Source of the DNA: the human T2T-CHM13v2.0 reference genome, Homo sapiens
Assembly: GCF_009914755.1 (NCBI RefSeq)
Contig: NC_060937.1
Length of the DNA: 64,000 nt
Strand: one strand, 5' to 3'
Positions 16,418-32,666 of this stretch are shown piece after piece (position 1 is the first letter of the stretch; the number at the start of each line of letters is the position of its first letter). The notes under the pieces were generated by a model. It was not told the origin of the DNA. It saw only the letters and a program-made list of their open reading frames with translations, and ran no database searches. A program made the position numbers and the translations under genes.

Positions 16418-16468
16418 GTGCCTGGAGGTGCGTGCCTGGAGGTGCGTGCCTGGAGGTGCATGCCTGGA
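16418..16468. repeat. 14-bp tandem repeat x3.5
   Basis: (gtgcctggaggtgc)n. Confidence 0.9.
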
Positions 16469-16639
16469 ACTGTTCCTGGCACCTCTGCAGGGGACGTACC
16501 CTGGTTTGTCCTGGAGTATGACAATGAGCACTAAGCTTTGACCACCCTTTGCCCTCCAGATTCCTTCCTAAGGGGCCTGGCAACAGTTGCATCTGCAGAC
16601 CATCAACCTTGCTAAGAGGTCACCCTGACCCCGGGAACT

Positions 16640-17044
16640 GTGGCTTGCTCTGGCAAGGCTAGCAAACTTTCTTATCTTAACTAACACATAGTAAAGTCAA
16701 AAGTTGGACATTCCTTTCTGTTGATCCCAAGTTTTAGACAAAGCCTTGCTCCTTCAAACAATTTCAAAATTAAGAATCTCGGAATCCACCTAGGACCTGG
16801 AAATCCCTGCTTCAAGACTTCCTGCCTTTTTGGCCAAGCCAACGCATAACCTCCATGTGTCAATCTGCGACTTTGCCTGTAGGGGTCACACGTCCTGGAA
16901 ACGTGTGAGGCAGTTACAAACTGTCTGCCTTGGGAGCACTGGGTCAGGATTCTAAAGCCTGTGTTTCCCTGGGCTGCAGTCACTCATATTTGCTGAGAAT
17001 AAACCTCTTTAAGTATTTTGCAGAGTTTGGTTTTTCCATTGACA
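16640..17044 (+). mobile_element. ERV1 LTR remnant (MER4-group-like)
   Basis: 3' end tcactcatatttgctgagaataaacctctttaagtattttgcagagtttgg...tgaca; 5' boundary uncertain. Confidence 0.65.
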
Positions 17045-18264
17045 CATAAGTGTGGTATTGTGTCTTTAGTACCGCTTTGGATGGCCTAAAGCATTTTGTT
17101 CTTGCTGTGCTCATAAATTGGTGTTTAAAAGACATCAGATACAAAGTATTTTCGATAATTTAAATTACCTCCCACGACACATGCAAACAGATTACATCTG
17201 AGACCCAGCTAAGCCCATCCACTCAGTTTTCTAGATGCAGAAAACCCTCTTTATTTCAGGTCACACAAGCACAGGACTAGGAGGAACCTGGGCGATGCCC
17301 TGATTCCTTTTCTTCCCTTCAGGCAGGACCCAATTAACTGACCCAACACAGGTAGAAACCAGTTCTGTCGTTAAAGACCTTTAGGGAAGGTGGTTCCATC
17401 TTCTTCCCCTGCAATCAATTCTTACTGCAATGTGAGACTGGAATACATCAAACCTATCCGGAAGAATCGTCTCTGCCAGAAGCTCCCTCCCCAAGGGACT
17501 CCAAGAGGAATCCCATGGTTTATGGCCCCTTATTCTTCACCAGGTCAAGGTGCAGAGCCTCTCTCTCCCGTGGGCTGGGAGGCGGCTTTGTCAGTCCACT
17601 CGGGGGTTCACACCTGGTGGCTGGAGTTACACTGTCCGTCTGTCTTTGTTGGGAGGCGCCTGTCTGGCCACAGACAGGGCTGAATGTGGACACCAGTCCT
17701 GCTCCAAATGCGTGCTGCTCTCTCGGGCTTCAAGATGAAGGTGAACGCAGCAAGACCTGGGGCACCCCCTCCCTCCAGGGCCCAGTGACCCATCCAGAGC
17801 TGAAACAGATCAGAAGAGAAGGAGAGAGCAGGAGACCCCCGGCCAGGTCACAGCAGAGGCCCCTGGGAGACAGAGGTCCCTGTCCTGCAGACAGCATTGA
17901 CCCTTGGACTCTGCTGGGCTACAAGATGGCCCGCCTGAGACCTGGACACATGCCACGCCCACGCCCGCTGAGACTGCAGCCCAGAGGCCGCCACTCAGTG
18001 CCCGTTCGCTGTCTTCCCTGGACATAATCGTCCCAGGGCCTCAGCCTTTCCACAGGGGAGAAATTCATGGAGAGGTCCTCTTTCACAGGACATGCTATAG
18101 TGTGGGGTCACCCATGAGTCCGTGAACTAGCCCAGCCCCCAGCACCACGCTTCTCCCCACCCCTCATTACAGACTCTACTCTTTTTGTAAATTCTCTTGG
18201 TAGAGACCCGTTGCATCTCTACTAAGACATAAACTCAAGAACTGTCTAATCAGCCAGTAAATAA

Positions 18265-18953
<689 letters not shown>

Positions 18954-19418
18954 GGTTGTGACACCTACTAATGGTTTCTACTGTTATTGTTCCTAAGATT
19001 CCTTTTGACCCTGGTTGGCACGTGGGGACTCGGCCACTTTGAGCAGAATGCTGGGTTCGTCCTGCTGTGCATGCTTCCAACACCAGCCCGTTTTTCCTAA
19101 ACCATGAACGTTTGGGGTTTAGGAAATGGAATAAATTAAAATTCATATCACATTCTGTTCTGTCTATATTTTTATGAGATACATTGTAAGGGATACATTT
19201 GCATTAATGATTCCGTATTCTTTATTGCTGAAAGGTAAAGAATAAAGATTCTCTTCTATTTTAGAATGCACAGGTAGTCGTAATAACTAGGCATGTCTTG
19301 TGTACCAAATTTAAGTATATTACATATGCCAACCTATTTGATTGCCGATCTCCTGACAATCCAGTGAGGTAGGCACTATTATTATCCCCACTTTAAAGAT
19401 GAGGAAAAGAGGCCCACG

Positions 19419-19888
19419 TGTGGCAGGAGAACAGGGAATGAGGGTAGCCAAGGGATAAGGCAGAAGCAAAAGAACAGCAGGTGCAGCCAGTTCTGGGCAG
19501 GATCAGGCAGCACTCAGGCCACAGCCTCACTCCTGAAATAACGAGACTGTCTCCACTTCAGCCTCTGATTGGCCATGAGCTGCCTCCACTTCAGCCTCTA
19601 ATTGGTCGTGGGGCAATAGGATGTAGCCAATTGGAGGCCTCTATAGGGCACCTGGGGGTGTTACCAAATTCTTTTAGCTTAATAACATCCCTAACGGGGG
19701 ACTCTGGAGCCGCTGGCGCAAGTTCCCTCCCACTCTGTGGAAGTACTTTTGCTTCAGTAAATCTGCGCTTTTGTTGCTTCTTCTTTCGTTGCTTCATTCT
19801 TTTGTTGCTTTGTTTGTTTTGTTCAATTCTTTGTTCGACGTGCCAAGAACCTGGACAGCTCTCAGCCGAGACCCTTCATCTGGTGACG
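19419..19888 (+). mobile_element. ERV1 solo LTR (MER83/MER61-like)
   Basis: tgtggcaggagaacagggaatg start; several attgg/ccaat boxes; U5-like ttcaattctttgttcgacgtgccaagaacctggaca. Confidence 0.7.
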
Positions 19889-20294
19889 AATGGACGTTGA
19901 GTGAGTGCTCAAGCTCAGACAGCTGCCTAACAAGGTTCTCGAAGTCCCCGCCACACACACACCTTTTTTTTTTTTCCTGTATAGATAAATACGTGAGAGA
20001 CAGAGGACTGTGCTGTATTCTCCAGGGCCCAGGAGGGCTAGTGCAGAGTGCCATGCTTCTTTCCAGTGCTAATTTGAAAAACCTCAGTGCACCGTGGGTC
20101 ACCTGCACGGCCACCTTAGGAGTGAGTGTTGTTGTGGCACGGCCTGCACTCAGGACTGGGTTTATCATCAAGAACCTGGCAGGCTGCCTCTAAAGAGAGC
20201 GTCACCTGCTTATGGGACCCATGTACGTCTTTCCACTGCAGCTAGACAAGTCCCGAATTCAAATGACGATTACGCATGTTAAAAGCTTGGACTA

Positions 20295-20597
<303 letters not shown>

Positions 20598-20619
20598 CTA
20601 GTTATGAAGTCAACACTTA

Positions 20620-21077
<458 letters not shown>

Positions 21078-22269
21078 TCATCTATTATGAAGAATGCTGT
21101 TGATTCGGATTTTATTGATTGTATAGTTTCGTCTTATTTGATTTGTTGTAAATATAAAGAGTTCATACATAATTTCACACTTAGGTATAGTTAAGTCATA
21201 GCATAATTTTAAAATACTTTGTTGAAAATATAAAGCCATAGAAATATTTTTTTCAAATGGGATCCATTTATTTCTCAAGTTCAACACAAAGTAATAAAGA
21301 TAGCTTACACATATGTTAATGTTCGTTGGTTCTAATCTATCGGGGGGACTAACAAACTTCAAAATTTTTATTGTGCTGAATGTGTTGATACTTCGTCTCA
21401 AAGGTTCTGCCGGCTACAAATTGAGTGATGACTGCAGCTTAATTTCTAGAGCTTACTCTACTCACATATAATACTGAGATAACACCAACATCACGGGGAA
21501 TTTGTGAGCACTTGGTTTATGATGTGTGTGACCACACCCTGTAGACTCCTAGCATAATGTGAGTTATCTGTGTATGTGCGTGTATGTATATTTTTACTGA
21601 ATTTATTCACATTAAACTTAGCTACAGACTTCAGGCAGCTCTCTAGCCTTCCTTTTCTGAAATTAGGTAAACGAGTATTATTAATCCACTAATCATTACA
21701 TTTTCCTAGGATATATCTTTTATTTTCAAACTTAAAACTCAAATATTTTCTTTTATTAGTCTTTTGATGAAAAATCTCTCTGTATACATGAGAATAGTAA
21801 TTGCTTTCTGGACTTTTCCTTACTTTAGTATTTATTTCTCAAGTTCGGCAATGAAAAGAATATATAGATTTCCAGGTGCGGAGATAGGCGGGAAGACGTG
21901 TTCTGCTGTTTCCAGCGTCCTTCCTAATAGAGCACAGCAATATTTGCTGATGTTTTTGTTGACCACAGCTGTATCCTGGGTTTGGATTTCATCTGCCTGT
22001 GCTGGGACGCTCCACCTGGAGGCTTCTCTTAACCGCAGACTCATCCTGTCTGGAGGGAGGCCTCCCATCACTGCCACCTGCCTCCCCTAGCTGTCCCTGT
22101 GTCCTTCCCATCACACGCCTTTATTCCCCTCACCCAGTTCCTGTCGCCAGGTCCCTCCGTTCTCCCTGCCGAGGTCCTGGCCCACCCTTTCCTTTCTGTG
22201 TCTGCTGCCAGACCCCAGGTCCTCCACACATTCATTCAAAAGGTTTATTTAGGGACTCTATATGCCAGA

Positions 22270-22380
22270 CCCTCTGCTGGGGTGGGAGCCGGGGTGAGCA
22301 CTCCACCATAGTCCCTGTCCCCAGGCCCTCTGCTGGGGTGGGAGCTGGGCGAGAACTCCACCACAGTCCCTGTCCCCAGG
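22270..22380. repeat. Tandem duplication, 2 x about 56 bp, in L2-like debris
   Basis: ccctctgctggggtgggagc...agtccctgtccccagg starts at 22270 and 22326. Confidence 0.92.
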
Positions 22381-22639
22381 GAATTCATACGTCAGGCACA
22401 ATTGTGACAGGTCCTGAACAACAGGACAACTGGTATACTGGGTGAGCCAAGGAGCCACAAGCTGGGCCAGGAGGAGGTGCTCCTGGTTTGCTTTGTTCAA
22501 AGAATCCTTCCCAGAAAAGTGGATGCCTACGGAGGATGTTAATGATGAGTATCAGGAACGTTCGAGGAAGAGAAGGTAGAGAGGAGAAAATACACACAGA
22601 TGGGTGATTCATTCCCCCTCACCTGATCTGCAAAACTCA

Positions 22640-22762
22640 GCTAATCATTGCTCTTACCTGGTGAGGTTGTTGTGAGAATTAAATCTAATGGAAAAATACA
22701 TGCAAAGTGTTTAACACCCGACACGGAGGAGGCACCCATACCTGTTGGCTGTTATTATCATT
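22640..22762 (+). mobile_element. MIR fragment
   Basis: gaggttgttgtgagaattaaat...tacatgcaaagtgtttaacac...gttattatcatt. Confidence 0.6.
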
Positions 22763-23114
22763 CAGACTGTACAGTCTTTTGGGGAAAATAAGACATACAA
22801 TATGAAAAGTTCTTCAGAGACAAAAATATCTAAATAACACACTAACCTTCTCCTGGGCAAAGGGCTGAGGTGAGCATCCTGCCTGCAGCTTCTCTCCGTA
22901 TTATTCCTCCACTTATTTACAACAATCAGCCGCCGCCAGCCGCCAGCACTTACTGCATCCCTGCTGGGCCCTGCGGACTGCTGGACGCTTTGCACGTGTG
23001 GTTTTGAATCCTGCCATCATCTGTGCCATCATCTGTGAGGCGTATGTCATATTTCCACTCGTGGATAAAGAAATTAAACCTCACTTTGATAAGGATCTGC
23101 CCCATCTCATAGGT

Positions 23115-23246
23115 ATCTGGGCTAAGATTTGAACCCCAGCCCGTCTGGCTGTGAGCACAGGCTCCCTCCACCAGCACAGAGATCTGGGCTGAGATTTGAA
23201 CCCCGGCCCGTCTGGCTGTGAGCACAGGCTCGCTCCACCAGCACAG
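23115..23246. repeat. Tandem duplication, 2 x 67 bp, MIR-derived
   Basis: atctgggct(a/g)agatttgaacccc...ccaccagcacag starts at 23115 and 23182. Confidence 0.93.
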
Positions 23247-23429
23247 TGAGCACACATGGGAAGCCGTTCTTCATCACCCGCCTCCTCCAGGAATAGCTCA
23301 GGAGGACGTCACTTGGGTTCTTCAGCCATTTATGAAAGTGTTCAACCAACTGGTCACAGAAATGTCCAGGCAGGGATCCCTTGGGATGGCAGAACCATGG
23401 CTCTGTCAGAGGTGGGCCGGACTATTCTG

Positions 23430-23790
23430 AGGATAGTCTGTTGCCAGGAGTTCATGTGGGTACCAGGCACCCCTTGGAAGGATGTGATGGGAAGGGCACT
23501 TCTTCCCAGAACCCCAGTCGAACCATGGGTAGCACATCAGACAAACCCAAATCGAGGGACTTTCTTCAAAACACAGAACGGTCCAGGTCATGACAGACAA
23601 GGAAAGGCCGAGGACTCGCCACAGACTGGAAGACGCTACAGAGACAGGACATCCACATGCAGTAGGCACCTTGGAGGGGATTGTAGGACAGAAAGGGGGC
23701 CCTCGTAGAAACACGGGTGAGGTCAGTGAAGTGTGGAGGGTAAGAGCAGCAACGTGTGTGGACGCTCCATTTCCTCCTGTGTTTCCAGGG
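23430..23790 (+). mobile_element. L1MC-like 3' UTR fragment
   Basis: acatcagacaaacccaaatcgagggac...gtcatgacagacaaggaaaggccgagga...ggacagaaagggg resembles an old L1MC 3' region. Confidence 0.55.
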
Positions 23791-24759
23791 CTGGCACTGC
23801 ACGCTGGGCGCCTATGCATGGCCCCAGCTGGACGACCCGAGGGGCTTGGCCTGCGGGGAAGGTGCAGGACATGTGCCAGTGCCTCAGGCAGCAGCACTTG
23901 TTCCTGGAATGGAGGCACCACTCAGGGGTCAGCACGGAGCACCGGCTCAGTCCTGCGGCCAGCGCTGCTGCGAAGTCCTTAGAAAGGCTTAGCAGTCCTC
24001 CGTTCATTGCCAGCCAGCAAGAAAGTGTCGGCTGAGAGTGTTGTCTCACTGTCTTGCACGACTGTGCACCCAGCTTTGCAGCTCAGACAGACACACTGGG
24101 TGGGTGCCACTGCCTGGGATCTACTTGCACCTCCCAATTTACGCAGAGGGAGTCATTCCACTTAGAGCCCCAGGCTGGGGAGGGCGAGTGGCATTTGGGT
24201 TGTAAAGACTGAATGCCTACTGTGTTTGGAGCAAAGCAGTGAGCCCCCAAGTCACAGCCCCTGGTGTGGACAGAAACGCCATCAATGGGAACCCCTGAGT
24301 ATCTTCAGGATTCAGAAGAGGGAAGAGCAGCAGGACTTTGCAGACCTGGGAAACTTCATAGGGAAAGAGGAGTGTTCAGGGTTATTCCAGTAGGGTGAGA
24401 GAAGGGAGGAACACCAGGCAGGATGAACACGCTGTGGCCATAGTGGGCTTGGGGAGCAATGCACCGAGGTGCTGTTCCTTTGTTTAGCCCGCATGTTGAA
24501 CCTACTCTGTCCGATGCTATGCTGGGTGACTTGCGTAATGCTGAACATACAATCAATACATGTCTCTGGCTAGCTGGACATGTAGTTCAAGGAATCAGAA
24601 ACACAGTCAACAAATAAACAACATTGTAGCTACAAATTGTGGGGAATAAAAACATGAGGGAAGTAATCCCAAGAAGAATAATGAGGCCTCCCTGCGGCAC
24701 TGGGCAGTTGGCCGTGTGAGAGCTGAAAGGGGAACAGAAACCAGCCAGGTGGAGCTGGT

Positions 24760-25210
24760 AGAAGGTCACTGCAGGTGCACTGGCCTCCTCTGTGGCCCTG
24801 CCCCAACCCCCGAGTCCCACCTCGTGTTCTCATCCTTGCCCTGGTGGTCAGTGTCACACAGCTGCTCTCTGCGGCCCTCGCTTTTCTCCGGGGCATTCCT
24901 GATGCAGCGGGGAGGATCCCCGGGCTGGATACATGAGGGCATCAACACTCCCTGTGGCAATGCTTGGACACCAGGGAATAGGGGCCCAGGAGTAACGGGA
25001 CACCTCCCACCCCACTGCATGGTGGACAGGGCTCCCCTGAGGCCCGTCACCAACAGTGGTGGCCAGCCTGGCAGCACACGCTTAATTTGTCCTTCCTCCC
25101 TGCCGGCTCCACACTTCCCAGTCTCCCTCTCCTGCCCCCGGCCTCCCTTCCCAAATCAACCACCTTCACACAGGCCCTTGTCTCCAGCTCTGCTGTCTGG
25201 GGGAGCCCAG
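24760..25210 (+). mobile_element. LTR16-like (ERVL) LTR
   Basis: 3' end aaatcaaccaccttcacacaggcccttgtctccagctctgctgtctgggggagccc; 5' boundary uncertain. Confidence 0.6.
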
Positions 25211-25277
25211 AGGTGGCCTGAAAAATGCATCCTCAGGATGGGTTTGAGAACTCACTGCTGATGGTACGGGAAGTGGT

Positions 25278-25625
25278 GTTTTAGTCAGCCCAGGTTAGTA
25301 TAATACAAACACAACCTGGGTGGCTCAATTTCTCTCTCACCATCCTGGAGACAGGTAAGTCTAAGATCAAGGTGCTGGCAGATTTACTTTGTGATGAGGG
25401 CTCTCTTCCTGGTTTGCAGGCAGCCACCTTCTTTCTGTAGCCTCACGTGGCAGGCAGAGAGAGAAGGCGGTGCTCTATCTTCCTCTGCTTAGAAGGAGCC
25501 TCACCATTGTGACCGCACCTAAACCTACATAATGCCCAAAGGCTCACCTCTAAATGCCCTCACACTGGGTGTTAGGGCTTCAGCACGGGAGATGTGGAGG
25601 GACACACACACTCAGTCCATAGCAG
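25278..25625 (-). mobile_element. MaLR LTR (MLT1A/MST-like)
   Basis: aagtctaagatcaaggtgctggcagattt...gagggctctcttcctggtttgcag...cactcagtccatagca. Confidence 0.8.
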
Positions 25626-26246
25626 GTGGTGACACACAGGAACATGCAGCTGAGGCTCATACCGTGACCCTCCCAGAGGTGCTCAGGGTGAGGTGCAGGT
25701 GGAAAGAAATGCATTAGCTTCCTCGGTCACTGTGGTATTGAACGAAATGGAGGAAATTGCTCTATAAAGACTGTGGAGTTGGCTGACTTTAGAAGCCCCT
25801 AAGAAAGAAAACGATGGGCTTGGCAAGCCACCCTCAGCTCAAGGCTCCCTGTGAAAGCCAGAAGGTTCCAAAGGCAGTGTTGATAGAGGCCTCCGCCTCC
25901 TGCGGCTGCTGGGGAGGCTGCAGAAGGTCAGGCCCAAGGGCTGATTGAAGAGTAGCAGAGCTACAAGAAAACAGAACTTACAGCCTTGACATATCTCCTG
26001 TGCCAAGTCAGGGCCCTGTGATGAGCAGCCCCCTGCGACCTGGGAGGAAACACCTGCTGTCCATGGCCTGACGCTCTCGAATGCCTGACACCCCTGAACC
26101 CCCAGAGTGGGCAGAGCGGCTCCCTCCTCCTGCTAGTCACACAGACACTGGCCTGCAGGAGTGAACACGGAACCTGAGTGTGTGTCTCACATGAACACTC
26201 TCCAGAGTGTCCACTCCAGAGAAGGAACTTAGCCCCGGGTTACAAT

Positions 26247-26860
26247 ATGATGTGTGTGCCTCCCTCAAATGTATATGTGGAAATCCTGACCCCTCAGGGG
26301 GTGGTACCAAGAGGTGGGGTCTCTGGGAGGCTCCACCCTCATGCATAGGATTAGCATCTTTTTTTTTTTTTTTTTGAGACAGAGTCTCACTCTGTCGCTC
26401 AGGCAGGAGTGCAATGGTGCCATCTCGGCTCACTGCAACCTCTGCCTCCTGGGTTCAAGTGATTCACCTGCCTCAGTCTCCTGAGTAGCTGGGATTACAG
26501 GCACTTGCCATGATGCCCAGCTAATTGTTTTGTATTTTTAGTAGAGATGGGGTTTCAACATGTTGGCCAGGCTGGTCTCGACGTCTTGACCTCAGGTGAT
26601 CTGCTCACCTTGGCCTCCAAAGTGCTGGGATTACAGGTGTGAGCCACTGTGCCCGGCCGGATTAGCGTCTTTAGAAAAGATGTGTCAGGGGCTTGGGGTG
26701 CCCACCTGCCACTCGAGGGCTCTGCAGGAGACACGGTCTGTGAATCTGCCGGCACCTTGGTCTTGAACTCGCCAGCCTTCAGATCCAAGCAACACATTCT
26801 TGTCTATAAATTACACCATCAATGACATTTGCTTATAGCAGCCCAATCGTACCAAGCTGA
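26247..26860 (+). mobile_element. MaLR LTR (MLT1A/MST-like) split by an Alu
   Basis: atgtgtgtgcctccctcaaatgtatatgtggaaatcctgaccc...gaatctgccggcaccttggtcttgaact...ttatagcagccc. Confidence 0.75.
26359..26658 (-). mobile_element. Alu (S-like)
   Basis: TSD ggattagc(a/g)tctt. Confidence 0.95.
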
Positions 26861-27204
26861 CCAGGAAGACAGAATGAGCTGTGGGTGTCAGCAGGCCCCT
26901 CTCAGCACTGGTGCCTTCTGGGCCGGTGATGGCACAGCAGGGGTTGGGAGGAGGTGGGTGCAGGCCCACACAGGGGCTCCCTGTCACCCATTCTGCTCCC
27001 GGTTCTGCCCACAGCGCCCGACCCTGATGTGGCGTCTCACTGAGGGAACAGCGGGCTGTGCACGTGTTGATCACCTGGGAAGAGGCGGCTGTCTGCACTA
27101 GAGCCACCTCCGCTCTGTGTAGGAGGGAGGCTGCTCTGCTAGGTGATGGGCAGTCACAGCAGCAAAAGGGGCCTTGAGAGAACCCACCCAGCTTAGAGGC
27201 ATGA

Positions 27205-27620
<416 letters not shown>

Positions 27621-28199
27621 GAATTTTGCTTCATTGCTTTTTTCAACTAAGCAAAAACTGATTGAATTGGCCACTGTCAGATGCACATGAAAGAAACAGT
27701 AAAGGGAGTATTTGCTGCAGAGGGAAAATGATCCCAGATAGAATCCCAGTGATAAAGGAATAAATCGACAACTTCCAGTGACCCGTATTCACCAGCGCTG
27801 CCCCAGCCTTGCTCAGGGCTGCCTCCCTCTGAGAAGCCTCATGCCTGTAAGCTGGGTGGGTTCCCTCAAGGTCCCTGGTGCTGCTGTGACTGTCACCTAG
27901 CAGAATCTAAATAAAAATAATTGTATAAAATTAACAATTCATTATTTATTTTTAAACATACAGAAAATTAAAATTCATGAATCTGATATCATGTAGGTCC
28001 GCGTGGGGTGTTCTATGGGGAAAAGAGCTCTAGGGCCCTTGCATTGTCTCAGAAGGGGTAAAGGTGCTCTCTCACTTCTATTAGAGTTTAATAAGTCAAG
28101 GATACATGCCGTAAACTGTAGGCTGACCACTAAAAATAGCAAAAGAATGTCTAACTAATAAACTACTGGGAAGAAATGTGTGATAAAAATTTCTTAAGA

Positions 28200-28638
<439 letters not shown>

Positions 28639-29011
28639 TTAAAAAATAAAGATTAACAGTTGGAACAACGACAACAAAAAAAACCCAAACCATAACAACT
28701 AAGTGTTTCCTAGAAGACGAAATATACCATAAAAATTATGTACTAAAAATAAAAGGATGAGAAAAAACGCATGATGCAAACACCATCTCTACAGGAATGC
28801 TGGTGTAGTTACTCCAATATCAGACAAGTAGCCCTTAAAGCAAGAAGATTTACTAGAAATAAAAGTGGAGCGTGATGAGAAAAGTGCCAATTAACAGGGG
28901 AGCTGCAGCTCTTCTAAATTTGCATGTGGCCAATAAGAAAGTCTCAAAAGTTATAAAGCACAATTGAAAGACACGAAAAGAGAATTGGACCAACTGACCA
29001 CCATAATGAGT

Positions 29012-29087
29012 AAACGGATATTCCTCTTCCGGTGGCCGAGGAGCATAAGGAGGAAACGGAATATTCCTCTTCCGGTGGCCGATGGAA
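29012..29087. repeat. Short direct repeat, period 42 bp
   Basis: aaacgga(a)tattcctcttccggtggccga at 29012 and 29054. Confidence 0.88.
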
Positions 29088-29285
29088 CACGTTGACCCCT
29101 TCCCTCCTCCCCTCCCCCAAAAAGACTAATTGTGTGGCAGATTTAAACAATCTCAGGAACATAAGTAAGCAAGTATAGAACATTGTACCCAATAACTATG
29201 AAATACACATTCTTTTAAAGGTCCTTTGAACAGCTCTAAAGCAAGCCATGGTTGAAAGCACTGCAATGACACAAAGTAGATACTC

Positions 29286-29582
29286 TTTTTTTTTTTTTTT
29301 TCCGAGACGGAGTCATGCTCTGTCACCCAGGCTGGAGTGCGGTGGCTTATCTCGGCTCACTTCAACCTCTGCTTCCCAGTTCAAGGAATTCTCCTGCCTC
29401 AGCCTCCCGAGTAGCTGGGATTATAGGCGCCTGCCACCGTGCCTGGCTGATTTTTGTATTTTTAGTAGAGACGGGTTTCACCATGTTGGCCAGCCTGGTC
29501 TTGAACTCCTGACCTCAGGTGACTTGCTCGCCTTGGCCTCCCAAAGTGCTGGGATTACAGGCGTGAGCCACTGCGTCTGGCT
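29286..29582 (-). mobile_element. Alu (S-like)
   Basis: poly(T) and antisense dimer. Confidence 0.95.
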
Positions 29583-29617
29583 GAAGTATATACCCTTTAA
29601 TCTCAGTAGGTTTACGT

Positions 29618-29867
29618 CAGTGTTTCTCCATCCTTTTTTCATTATTATTCTCTCTAAGGATAAAAATTACACTTAATTTAATTAGTTTAGATTAAATTAA
29701 ATTTCTAATGAAAGAAATGAAATACTAATGGATAAGATTTTGTCAAAGTTGAGCTTCAGAGAGCAAAATGTTGTAATACTGAAGGATTTTTTGGTCCCTG
29801 AATAACGAATTTTTACCACTTCGGTGATGATGTCGCCACTAAACCCTGCCCAATTGAGACTGCATGG
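29618..29867. mobile_element. Possible hAT-Charlie-type DNA transposon fragment
   Basis: cagtgtttctc... start and ...ttgagactgcatg end resemble Charlie termini; interrupts the L1. Confidence 0.35.
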
Positions 29868-30107
29868 TTTAAATGAAATAAAAATCCCCAAATATTCTGA
29901 AATTAAGTAATATTTTAATTGTTCATGGCTAAGAAAAAAATATTGGAAATTTAAAATGTTTCAACTAAATGAAAATAAAAATAAGGCTTGTTGAAACTTG
30001 TGGCATGCAATTAAAGCCAGACTTTAAAAAACTACATAAATGTAAATGCATACTTTAAAGAAGGTAGAAAGCCTAAGAGGTATCTAAGTATCTACCTTCA
30101 GAAGTTA

Positions 30108-30492
<385 letters not shown>

Positions 30493-31045
30493 CTAGGTAA
30501 AAACTTATTTCTTTGAAGAATTTCGAAAAACCCAGACAATTGGCAAGATTGATAAACATAAATTTAAAAAACTACACAGATTACCAATATCAGAAATGAA
30601 AAATGAAACATCACCGCAGCTCTTACACGTACAACAACAACAAAAGGATATTTTGAACTGTTTTATGTAAGTACTTCGACATCTTAGATGAAATGGATAA
30701 ATTCCTTGAAAAACACAATTTACCCCAACAGAGGCAAGAAGATATAGAAAACCTGAATAGGCTTTTTCTATTAAGGAAATTGGCATCCATAATTTTAGAA
30801 CTTTTCACAAAACAAAATCCAAACCTATATGCCTCTCCAGTGAATTCTTCCACAACTTTAAGGAAACACAGTGGTCTCACATGTGCTGATGGAGACAGAA
30901 GAAAGACGAGGAAAGTGCACCAACTCGTTTTTGGAACCAGGATAGCCTTCGTACCAAACTTCTAAACACATTGCCAGAAGTAAAACTTACAGACCAACAT
31001 CCTTTATAAACATAGATGCAAAAATCACATTAAGAATAGCAAACA

Positions 31046-31318
31046 GGCTGGGCGCGGTGACTCATACCTGTAATCCCAGCACTTTGGGAGGCCGAGGTGG
31101 GCGGATCACAAGGTCAGGAGTTCGAGACCAACCTGACCAACATGGTGAAACCCCATCTCTACTAAAAATACAAAAATTAGCCGGGCACGGTGGTGCATGC
31201 CTGTAATTCCAGCTACTCAGGAGGCTGAGGAGAATCGCTTGAATCTGGGAGGCGGAGGTTGCAGTGAGCCGAGATCATGCTCCAGCCTGAGTGACGGAGA
31301 CTCCAACTCAAAAAAAAA
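31046..31318 (+). mobile_element. Alu (S-like) with small deletions
   Basis: TSD aagaatagcaaac. Confidence 0.95.
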
Positions 31319-31849
31319 GAATAGCAAACTATGTGTAGTATATCTAATTAAAATGAGGATACATTATGACCAAATAGAATTAATCCCAGGAATGCAAAAT
31401 TAGTCAATGTTAGAAAATCCATCAATATAACTCAGGACAGTAGTAGAACACAGGAGTAAAATGTGTGACAATCTCCAAAGATGCACAAAACATAAAATTC
31501 AACATCCAGTCATGATCAAAGTTCTCAGCAATTCATATGGCAACACTTTAAATCTGAAAAATATAATTTACAGAACAACTATAACAAGCTTTCTACTTAA
31601 TCACACAACAGTAAACAGTGTTACCCTGAGATCAGGAACAGAAAGCAGGTTTACTGTTACCACTCATGCCCTCGCCTTTTAACTGGAGGAGTTCTAGACA
31701 GAGAACGAAAGCAAATAATAATAATAATAATAATAATAATACATTAAGGATTGGAAATGAAGATATAAAACTGTGTTTACTCATGGAAAAAATTATTTTA
31801 TACGTAAAAAAATTAAATACAGATGAAGGTGACTACAGGTCAATATTCA

Positions 31850-32192
<343 letters not shown>

Positions 32193-32284
32193 CTAGTGAT
32201 GACCAAGTAAGCTCCTATCAAACCAATCCTACTGCAGAAAGTACTATAAACTCAAGACAAAGTTTAAAAAAAAATCAACTACCT

Positions 32285-32586
<302 letters not shown>

Positions 32587-32666
32587 TCAACTACCTGAAG
32601 AATGACTCAAAAGAAGACAAATTCTAGAGGTAAATTGACACTTAAAAAAAGGAAACAGCTTCCCGG

